From positions 1-29,280 of IMG/VR virus record IMGVR_UViG_3300045988_140557: a stretch of DNA of 29,280 nucleotides, one strand, 5' to 3'. The DNA is from a virus. The notes under the pieces are model-generated. The model did not search any database. It saw only the letters and a program-made list of their open reading frames with translations, and was not told the DNA's origin. Both the position numbers and the translations under genes were made by a program. Below are positions 16,197 to 24,846 of this stretch, in pieces (position 1 is the stretch's first letter; each line of letters starts with the position of its first letter).

Positions 16197-18284
16197 TTAC
16201 TCTACAATTAAATATTGAGTATTTGGATCTTTAGTTGATAAACTATCATACTCTGATTGAGTTAGAACAGTAATAGTATTTATTTGAGGTTGGGTTCCAG
16301 TTCCAGCTTCAATATAGTTTCCAGCAGGCTGAATACCTAAATCTGATAAACTCTTATTGCCAGATAACTCAACAGAATTAATCTGAGGTTTATTTGTTAA
16401 CTGAGTATAATCGGTAGTCCCTCCACTACCAGATATTTCAAGATTACCTTCTCCTAAAATACTTTCACCATTAATAGTCTTTATATTAGTCCCAGAAACT
16501 AACTCTTCTTGTAATTCTTTATCATAAGTTTCTACCATAACTGGTTGATTTTCTATAATATATGCCATCAGAGTTATGTTATTAGTTTCTGATAAATATG
16601 TTGCATAAGCAATAAAGATTCTCTGAGATTCTGAAGAGGCATACTGTCAATAATTAGAGGTTAACGTCATTTCAGTAGTTTTAATTCTAATTAAAACAGC
16701 TCTATTATTTGCCGCAGCTTCTGCAACTCTATTAAAATCTGTCTCATTTGGTATTTGCTCATTTTCTACTGTAATAGAAGGAACATCGCCTACATTAATA
16801 TTACCTTCCCCTAATAAAGAAAGATTGTTAATTGTTCTAATTGATTCTCCACTAACAAGAGTATCCTGTTTGGTAGCCATCTCTTTATCAAGAGAATCAA
16901 TCTTTTCACCATTCTCTGCAACTGTACTCTTTAAAGTACTAATATCTGTACTATTAGTAGCTACTTCTCCAGATAAAGATTCAACTGTAGTAGAATCAGC
17001 TTTAAGAGCTAATTGTTCATCAACATAAGTCTTATCTGCTTTACCTGCTAAATCCCCAGATACTTCAGCTTCAGTTACAAAGTTGGAATCATTAGTAAGC
17101 TCACTAACTTTAGTTGGAATATCACTTTTTAAAGCATAATCCCCAGCTGGTTGATATCCAGATAAATCTACAGATAATTGGGATTTATCTTCATTAAAAG
17201 CTAATGGAGCTTGAGGAGCAAATACGCCTTGCTTAGTTGCAAGTTTCTCATCTACTTCTTCTTTAGTATAGCCTTTATTAGTAAGATCAACTTCTGTTGT
17301 CTTAACAGTCATTTGACCATTATTAACTATAATAGCATTAATTGTTACTAATACTCTATTATCTTTAAAATAGTATCCATATAAATCAATAGTATTAGTA
17401 TGCTCTACTACAGTCATTGGGACCACTATAATATCTTCATTATATGTTATCTGCCCAAATAAATAGAAGTCCATATTACTTCTAATAAAGTTATATATTT
17501 CTAACTGTCTATCTGGATCATTTACATCTAAATTTAAGAAGAAGTGATTCTGAAATGCAGATATTACATTATCAACAATAGATATATTAGCACCAGCAGT
17601 TAGTATTCCTTGTTTTGCATTTATAGCTTTATTAATTTCTATATTTAATTGGTCTATCTCAGCCTTTGTATATTTATCTGATAACTGAGCATATAAATCA
17701 GCATTAATTAGACCTGCAGAATTAGTTTCAGTATTATAAACAGGAAGTTCTTCAGCGTCTCCAGTTTGATTTCCAAGTATTGGAGCTATTGTTACTTTAT
17801 CAGGAATAGCTTTAATCTGAATTGATGGAACTATTACTGTAGGATTAATAAGCTCTGCCCCATTTAAAGATGGTTTGTTACGAATAGTATTATAATCTGC
17901 AGAAACAGTATTCTCTTCAATTACTATACCATCACCTTGAACAAGTGTATTTTGCTTTCCAGCAGTGGCTTCAGTAATCTCTGCAGTTACCTCTTCTTTA
18001 GTTGGATAGTCAGCTAGTTTCTCAGTAATCTGATTATCAACATCTTCAATAGAAGGAATTCCTAATTCTTTAGAAGGAACATTTCCATTTAATTCAACCC
18101 CATTAATTTCAGGCTTAAATTGAAGATCTTGATAGTTACTTGATCCTAACTGAGAACCATCCATAACCTTTACCTCATCATCTTTATCTATTACTATAAC
18201 CTTAGTAACATTTGACTTATCAATTGTATCTACTTCTAATACATTTAGGTAAGGCAGAATTGTCTTTTCAGTTTCGTTTGCCAT
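16197..18284 (-). CDS. Tail fibre (695 aa), made of fragments 16647..18284 and 16197..16568 joined through TGA 16647.
   Basis: Both fragments carry the same repeat families. These are (D/N)Y(Q/T/N)xLxxKPxINGxEL (three or more copies) and (T/S)INxxS(I/L)LGEGN(I/L) (two copies), plus QPAG(D/N)Y (two copies). Confidence 0.65.
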
Positions 18285-18297
18285 AATATATTATTTA

Positions 18298-19527
18298 TTA
18301 AATTAAAATCCAGTTTTTACCTGCAGCAACAGCTTTCTGCTCTTCAGTTAGCTTATCTAAATTAGTAGTTCCTAAAGTTAGAGTCTTTTGGGAAGATCCA
18401 ACTAAATTTGCAAGTGCATCAATAGTAGCTACTAAAGAATCTACTGTTAATTGTTTACAATCTGATAAAGTTAAATCCTCTTTAATACTACCATAAAAGT
18501 TTAATCCAGTTAAAGCTTGACAATTGTAGAACATAGAACTCATATCCATACAATTAGTAAGATTAATCTTACAAGTTTGTAAAGCAGTACAATCTTGGAA
18601 CATATAAGAACTATTCATTAAGTTCTCTGTATTAGAATTAAAATGAATTAAACTTGAACACTCCCTAAACATAGAAGATGTATTACCTACTGATGGCATA
18701 TCAAATACAAAATCTTCAACTACTGTACAATTATCAAACATACTATGTGCATTAGTAAGACTTGTAAAAGATCCTGCTGCAAAGTTTACCATTCCAGTGC
18801 CTGAGCTATGACTGAACATTTGGAATCCAGTTTCAAGAGCTGGAAGATTAAATGTATAAGCAGAATTGAAATCTGTTAAATAACATTTATTAGTTCCATC
18901 AACTAATGTATCCCATCCACTTACTAATCCAGCATCTGCATCAGTAACCCCAGCTAAACTTGTATATTTATCATTAATATTTGGAGTTGAAGTAGTTGGA
19001 ACATTTACTGTTACTTCTAACATCTCTATATAATCATATCCATCTCCAGGAATGATAGTTGTGGTGCCATTTTCTGTAATAGATACTTGCTTATTATCTT
19101 CAACAGGTATTTCTACATCTACCTCAACTCTTGAAAGTCCTGTATATCCAGAATCAGCAGTAATTTCAGTCATTGAAATATTTTTATCTATAGTTATATG
19201 TTTATTCTGTAAAGTAGGAGCAGGCACATTAATAGTAGCTTCAACTTTTTCCATAACATCATAATCAGAGTCAGGAAGAATCTCTATTGGTCCATTCTGA
19301 GTAATTGTAATTGCTTTGGAAGCTTGAACTGTAGGAACTACTACATCAACAGATACATTTACCTTAGACATTCCATCATACCCTTCATCTGGCAGTACTT
19401 CAAACTCTGCATTTTGAGTATATTCTACTGATTTTTCTTGTAACTTACATTCAGCAGCTTTAATTAAATCTAAATTTTTAGTTGTAGTATTTTTAGCTAC
19501 TGGTTCTGATGTGAATACTATTGCCAT
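18298..19527 (-). CDS. DUF285/BspA-like LRR protein, paralogue 1 (409 aa), with four N-terminal ~35-aa repeats.
   Basis: The SMFxxCxxL units recur about every 24 aa (HSMFDNCTVV, SSMFRECSSL, SYMFQDCTAL, SSMFYNCQAL). The N-terminal repeats follow I(T)xNGxxxIxPdxGYDxxxxVxVxV. The C-terminus is LTEEQKAVAAGKNWILI. Confidence 0.65.
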   Translation of the reverse strand: MAIVFTSEPVAKNTTTKNLDLIKAAECKLQEKSVEYTQNAEFEVLPDEGYDGMSKVNVSVDVVVPTVQASKAITITQNGPIEILPDSDYDVMEKVEATINVPAPTLQNKHITIDKNISMTEITADSGYTGLSRVEVDVEIPVEDNKQVSITENGTTTIIPGDGYDYIEMLEVTVNVPTTSTPNINDKYTSLAGVTDADAGLVSGWDTLVDGTNKCYLTDFNSAYTFNLPALETGFQMFSHSSGTGMVNFAAGSFTSLTNAHSMFDNCTVVEDFVFDMPSVGNTSSMFRECSSLIHFNSNTENLMNSSYMFQDCTALQTCKINLTNCMDMSSMFYNCQALTGLNFYGSIKEDLTLSDCKQLTVDSLVATIDALANLVGSSQKTLTLGTTNLDKLTEEQKAVAAGKNWILI

Positions 19528-19580
19528 ATTATTTTTCTATAAAATATAAATTATTCATTATGTGGTATATAAACAAAATA

Positions 19581-19608
19581 AGGGGCAAGTAAATTAATAC
19601 TCGCCCCT
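19581..19608 (-). terminator. Rho-independent terminator after the capsid-tube operon.
   Basis: On the minus strand, GGGGCGAGT ... ACTTGCCCC (one mismatch) is followed by TTATTTTGTTT. It lies 11 nt after the stop of 19619..20143. Confidence 0.65.
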
Positions 19609-19618
19609 CTTTCTGTTA

Positions 19619-20143
19619 TTAAGCACCTACAACGCTTTGGATAGCTTCTGCAGATAACTCATAAGGATAAGAATCTGAATCTGTTGAAAGTGTCAGAGTA
19701 TAAGCATTCTGATCACCTTTAGCAGTACCAGTAACACCCGTACCAGCGGAAGCGCTTACATAATCATCTTTACCTAAGAACCAATACTTACCATTGCTGT
19801 CTTCAACAACAACTGCAAGCTGACCAATTGATAAAGCTGCAATCTCTACTCGTTTTGCGGTTTCCATCTTTGTAAATACAAGAGCAAGCTCATTACTTAC
19901 ATAATTAACACCCGCACTTTCATCTACATTTAAAGTTGAGGTTAGAGAACCAGTAGCCTTTCTAAATTGGTAGTTATACCATTTAGCTGAAGTCTCAAGA
20001 GTAATAGCTGAAATCATATTGCTATCAGGATCAACCGTTACACTCTTAACATCTGCATACTGAGTAATCCAGACCTGTTTGATACCACCCAATGAAGGTT
20101 GGCAATCAAGTGTGATTCCTGCGATAGTTATTAAACAAGCCAT
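19619..20143 (-). CDS. Major tail (tube) protein candidate (174 aa); a capsid accessory protein is the alternative.
   Basis: Intact ORF with no TGA and elevated G+C like the capsid gene. It lies directly after the MCP and before a strong terminator. It has a beta-rich composition. Confidence 0.4.
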   Translation of the reverse strand: MACLITIAGITLDCQPSLGGIKQVWITQYADVKSVTVDPDSNMISAITLETSAKWYNYQFRKATGSLTSTLNVDESAGVNYVSNELALVFTKMETAKRVEIAALSIGQLAVVVEDSNGKYWFLGKDDYVSASAGTGVTGTAKGDQNAYTLTLSTDSDSYPYELSAEAIQSVVGA

Positions 20144-20183
20144 AATTTCAATATCATTTAGAAGTTAATAAAATCTATTGAAA

Positions 20184-21089
20184 TTAAGCCTTGGCACCTA
20201 ATACTACTTCATCAGGGAAAGCAACTTGTACACCAGCGTTAAATTCAATAGCTAATCTGAACTCGCGGAAATCCTGTGAATACCACAATTCGAATTTCTC
20301 TTCGTCGTTCATCATATCTACACCATAGAAGAAGTTCTTGTCTAACTGACCAGCAACAATCTTATCAGTTCCATTAAGACCATTAACAGCAATAACTTTA
20401 ACCTGCGAACCAGGAAGATAAATCTCACCATCAAGGCTCTCTCCGCTATAGTGGAAATAATTCTTCTCAACAAGTTCATTTACGAACTTACGGAACATAT
20501 CGGCACCAACAAGAATAGAAGCGCCATCAAGAACCTTCTCAGGAATTGCATTATAAACTGCCATAATGTCAGTATAAGCAGATGCTCCAGCAATTGCTAC
20601 ATCTACAGTGCCAGCATCAGCAGCAAGAATCTTAAGCAGACCGTCAAAATACTTCAAGTTATTAGTAGCTGAAGTCGTATCACCCTGCCAGATAGCTACC
20701 TCAATAGCCTCTTTTACATTCTCTACAACAGCATTTACGAAATCCTCTTCAAAAGGAAGCGTCTTCTGACCAGCGGCTACCTTAACTGCATACTGAGTCC
20801 AGTATTTCAGCATAGCCTTATCGCAATATGCCATATTAATCTTAATATTACCAGTCTTAAGAATTCTCTGCGAAAGAGTCTGAGTTCCAGCCTCATCCCA
20901 ACCACAAGTAAGACCATCACCGAACTGCATATCGGTAGATAACAGGTTAAGAGCAGCATCAGTTTTAATATCTGTCTGAAGATTGAACAAACTTGCACTC
21001 TTAGCTTTTAAAACAGCTTCCTTAATAAGAGGGAGACGTCTTTGCTCCACATAAGCAGGAAGCGTTGCCATTACAGGACTATTTGCCAT
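20184..21089 (-). CDS. Major capsid protein, HK97-fold type (301 aa).
   Basis: It follows the protease and scaffold genes. It has the highest G+C in the window. It has no TGA and four TGG. Confidence 0.7.
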   Translation of the reverse strand: MANSPVMATLPAYVEQRRLPLIKEAVLKAKSASLFNLQTDIKTDAALNLLSTDMQFGDGLTCGWDEAGTQTLSQRILKTGNIKINMAYCDKAMLKYWTQYAVKVAAGQKTLPFEEDFVNAVVENVKEAIEVAIWQGDTTSATNNLKYFDGLLKILAADAGTVDVAIAGASAYTDIMAVYNAIPEKVLDGASILVGADMFRKFVNELVEKNYFHYSGESLDGEIYLPGSQVKVIAVNGLNGTDKIVAGQLDKNFFYGVDMMNDEEKFELWYSQDFREFRLAIEFNAGVQVAFPDEVVLGAKA

Positions 21090-21110
21090 AATTATTTAAA
21101 ATTTTATAAA

Positions 21111-21716
21111 TTAACCAATAAAGTTTTTAAGCTTTCTATCTATTTCTGCTATCCCACTCATAGGAGCAGTTGTTTTATTTTCAAGTGTTTCCTCTGCTGA
21201 AAAAGCAGCACTCATCTTACTCATTTTTTCTACAGTCTTTTCAGTAGCTTCTGATTTTCCTTCAAGTTCTGCTACTTTCTTAACAAGCTTATCTACAATA
21301 TCGTAAAGCTCATTAATTTCGCGATGAATAGCGTCGATTGCATCAGTCTCAGTTTCTTTAACACCGTCTGTTTCAACAGCAGGATCAGCAACTTCCTCAG
21401 CTTTTACTTTCTTAGTTCCACAAGCAGCATCAACCTCAACAGTTCTCATACCCTCTTCTGGATCAACTTCAGCTTTAGGATCAGTAATGGATTCTACTTT
21501 ACCGTCTTTAACAACAATCGTTTTGCCATCCTCGGTAACATACTCACCATCAGCAGCAGGTGCATATTCGCCATTTTCATCAGCTACATAAACATCCATA
21601 CCTTCTCTCAGATCCTCATCTGAATCCCAAGTAAGCACAGCCTTGTCAGTTTTAACATCACTGAACTTTGCAAGCATCTTAGCTAACTCAAGTTTAATTT
21701 TTGTGAATTTACTCAT
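21111..21716 (-). CDS. Scaffolding protein (201 aa).
   Basis: Highly acidic, Glu/Lys/Ala-rich helical protein lying between the protease and the MCP. Confidence 0.6.
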   Translation of the reverse strand: MSKFTKIKLELAKMLAKFSDVKTDKAVLTWDSDEDLREGMDVYVADENGEYAPAADGEYVTEDGKTIVVKDGKVESITDPKAEVDPEEGMRTVEVDAACGTKKVKAEEVADPAVETDGVKETETDAIDAIHREINELYDIVDKLVKKVAELEGKSEATEKTVEKMSKMSAAFSAEETLENKTTAPMSGIAEIDRKLKNFIG

Positions 21717-21722
21717 AATTAA

Positions 21723-22316
21723 TTAATGTTTAACTCTTTTTATTTTTCTCAACATTTTTTGAATCTCTTTAAGTTCCTCATATTCATCAGACTGTCTTTC
21801 TAAAGTGAACAATCCCTCAATAGAGAATCCTTTAAACTTGCCAGCTTTAATTGCATCCCATATAACAGGATTATTTACTTTATAAGTAGCAAATAATGAA
21901 CCATCTGGACAATCAGCAAATTCAACTGGATTAATTCCTCTATCTATATCTTTAATATATAGCTCTTGAAGAATTATTCCAGGAATTACTGAATCTTCTA
22001 AATGTTCAATATTTACATCAGTAGTTCTCTTATCATACATCATTTTTTCAGCCATTAAACGGAGAGTTTCTTTATCATATTGAATATAATATTCTCCGTT
22101 TTTACTATCCCGTCTAAATATAGGTATATCACATACCATTAAACAAGAGGTAACTATATGTTTTTCTTCATCCATCGAGAACTTCTGAGATTCCCCAAAA
22201 GCAAGCCAATTAACTTGGGTTGCAGGTTTACTGGTCAATGCTACAAACTCTATTCCATCACAATCATCAGCAATAATTGCTTGATATAATGGAAGATCAT
22301 TATACATTTTTTCCAT
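21723..22316 (-). CDS. Prohead protease candidate, XkdF-like (197 aa).
   Basis: It is the first gene of the head module, immediately upstream of the scaffold gene. The N-terminal pattern LPLYQAII...GIEFVALTSKPA resembles XkdF-type proteins. Confidence 0.45.
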   Translation of the reverse strand: MEKMYNDLPLYQAIIADDCDGIEFVALTSKPATQVNWLAFGESQKFSMDEEKHIVTSCLMVCDIPIFRRDSKNGEYYIQYDKETLRLMAEKMMYDKRTTDVNIEHLEDSVIPGIILQELYIKDIDRGINPVEFADCPDGSLFATYKVNNPVIWDAIKAGKFKGFSIEGLFTLERQSDEYEELKEIQKMLRKIKRVKH

Positions 22317-22395
22317 TTTTTATTAATATATAAGCTATTTTAAAAATGTAATATTGTTACAATCTTTTATTTTTATATATTTATATATTATCAAA

Positions 22396-22444
22396 TGTCA
22401 AGTTTTTTACTCACTTTTGTATCTAAGATAAATAAATTTTGACA
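22396..22444 (+). repeat. Intergenic element, copy D (49 nt): TGTCAAGTTTTTTACTCACTTTTGTATCTAAGATAAATAAATTTTGACA.
   Basis: It carries the 18-nt invariant core and the TGTCA...TGACA termini. Confidence 0.85.
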
Positions 22445-22495
22445 TAGCACTACTATATAAGCACTGATAATCAGCAACTTACATAGTAGTATGTC
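22441..22495. repeat. Long imperfect hairpin bridging element D and the partial copy E.
   Basis: GACATA(gca)CTACTAT pairs with ATAGTAGTATGTC, giving 6+7 bp with a 3-nt bulge. The 26-nt loop contains its own CTGA/TCAG mini-stem. Confidence 0.7.
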
Positions 22496-22513
22496 AGAAA
22501 TTTTACTCACTTT
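22492..22513 (+). repeat. Partial element copy E (TGTCAGAAATTTTACTCACTTT) overlapping the tape-measure stop codon.
   Basis: 18 of 22 nt match the 5' end of the element consensus. Confidence 0.7.
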
Positions 22514-24845
22514 AGAAACTTGCATTTGATTCTGTAACTGCAACTTTAGTTTGAGCGTTAGTAATATCACTCTCAACTACATAACATTTAACAGGTTGAT
22601 TCAATTCATCAGTCTCTTTATTGCCAAGTAAGTTTCGAGTATATTCTACAGGAGCAGTATTTAAAGCAGCAGGAGCAGTAGTTCCTGCATCACTTCCAGA
22701 ACCACCCGATGAAGGTAATTGTTCATTTTGGATAGCCTTAACATTAGCAATACCAGCTATAACAGCTGTAGCAGCTGCAATAGGAGCAAGAATAGGACCT
22801 ACAAAAGGTATACCTACCATAGCTTTATATGCACCTTGAGCAGAACTGATAGTATCAATAATAGCTTGAGTAGTAGCTAATGCTTTATAAACTTTAAATG
22901 ATTTCTCTCTTTGCTTCTCTGATTTTGAATCATCACTGGCTTCTTGTTTAAATACATTAGCTAAAGCTCCACTTAAAGAAGAAGCCACATTCATAGTTGC
23001 TTGAATAGCTTGTTGTTTTTTAGCTTGTCTATCTTTAAATGCTTGAAGATCTGCTTCTTCTCTTGCATTAGCAGCTTCTGATAAAGCTATATCATTAGCT
23101 TCTTGCTGTAATTTAATTGCTTGAGATTGATTAGCATATTCTTGTTCAGTTATCAGTTTATTATTATATTGCTCATCTAAGATAGCTTGCTGTTGAGACA
23201 TCAATTCATTCTCTCTTGTAATTCTTTCTTTAGTGAGATTATATAACTGTTCATTATAAGCTAATGTATCTTGATATTGTCTTTGAACATCTTCTCCAGA
23301 TTGATAGAAATCAGTTGAACCAAATTGTTGAACTCTAGTTTCGTAACTTCCAGATTTACCTGCAGATAATGCAGCCTCTTTATTTGCAAATAATTGAGAT
23401 TCCCTATCCTGCATTTCTTGTAATGCAGACAATCTATTTTCTAAGTCTTCCCTATAACGTTCATTATTATTATCTAGTCACTCTTTATTATATGCATCAT
23501 TTACCTGCTTTAATCTCTCATTATATTCTTTAACTGTTATTAATTTGAGATTGTAGGCTTCTTTAAGTGCATCTAATTGATTCTGGTAGTTTCTATTTAA
23601 TTCATCAAGTTCTCTTGCTTCATCATCTAAAAGAAGCTTCCTATTTTCTTCATAGAAATCGTTAATAACTTTAAGCAGATCTTGATTATGTTTCTTTCTA
23701 TCTTCTATATTCTTTAGATACTGAGCTTTAGCATCTTCTCTCTGCTTACGTTCTGCAGCAATCTCCATTAACTTAACTTTTTCATAAGCTTCAGCAGATT
23801 TTTGCATCAAATCATTACGTTTCTCAAGATAAGTATTATAAATACCAGAAGCTTCATCATAAGCTGCTTTTTGATCATCATTTAACTTACTTAAAAAGAA
23901 ATCAACTTCATTAGAACTATTCTTTAATCCTCATTGTATGGCTTCGGAATAATCTTCCCAAGTTTCATATCCAGATTTCTTAAATTCTTTTTTGAAGTAT
24001 TTATTACTTTTAAGTATATTAGTAAATGAGTCAGAATATGCTTTAGTTACACTACCAAATTGTTGAAATAATTCAGCATCTAAATCTCCTAATGCTTCAG
24101 CATAATCTTTCCAAATTTGTATTTCACTTTTTTTACCAGCAGCTAAATCTCTCTCTCTTTGTCTCTCTAATCCTGCAATTTCAGTATTAGCTCTGGCATA
24201 GCTTGTTCCTCATTGATCAGTTATATCTTTTAAACCAGAAATACTAATTTTTAAATCATCAATTCCTGATGCTGCTTTAATTGCAAAATCTATTAGCATA
24301 CCAAGAGCTACAACTAAAGCCCCAATTCCTGTAGATATAATTGCAGACCGTAGCACACCCATTGCTACAGATAATCCTCCAGTTGCAGCCGTAGCACCAC
24401 CCATTGCTACAGATAAGGCTTTAAATGATTTTACTCCATTAAGAATACCTTCACCTAAACCTTTTAATCCTCCTATTCCTTGTACTATGGCAATTGCTGC
24501 TTGCAATTTAACCATAGTTTTTTGAAGATTCTCTGTATCTTTTCCAAATAAAGTAAATGCTGCACTAACAGCTGAAACTCCTCCAGCTAAACCTCCTGCT
24601 ACTTGATTGATACTGTCAAACGCCTTAACTGCATTTACAGTTTTACCTTGCATAGATTCTGTAGCAACACCTAACTTATTTTGAACATTAACAAGTTCTT
24701 CAAGCTTTTTAGTATAGTCAGTACTACCAATCTCAAGATCTTCAAGTTCAGCCGTCAAGCCAGCTACTTCTTCTCGTAGCTGCTTGATCGACTTTGAACT
24801 AGTTTTAGTATCTATACTAATTACTTTTTTAATTTCTTCAGCCAT
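22512..24845 (-). CDS. Tape measure protein (777 aa), made of fragments 24210..24845, 23478..23810 and 22512..23432 joined through TGAs 24210, 23931 and 23478.
   Basis: All fragments share one frame and I checked the gaps triplet by triplet. It has long coiled-coil segments. It also has Gly/Ala-rich hydrophobic blocks (GGLAGGVSAVSAAF, GGATAATGGLSVAMG, VGPILAPIAAATAVIAGIANV). Confidence 0.7.
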
Positions 24846-24846
24846 A

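Noticed and set aside
20807-20998. Same-strand alternative-frame ORF (63 aa) inside the major capsid gene.
   Set aside because: It is fully embedded in the MCP frame, its translation is Leu/Arg/Cys-rich and nonsensical, and it has no independent support.
22391-22576. Minus-strand ORF of 61 aa across the tape-measure/head intergenic region.
   Set aside because: It is made almost entirely of element D, the long hairpin and partial element E. It overlaps the 3' end of the tape-measure gene out of frame.
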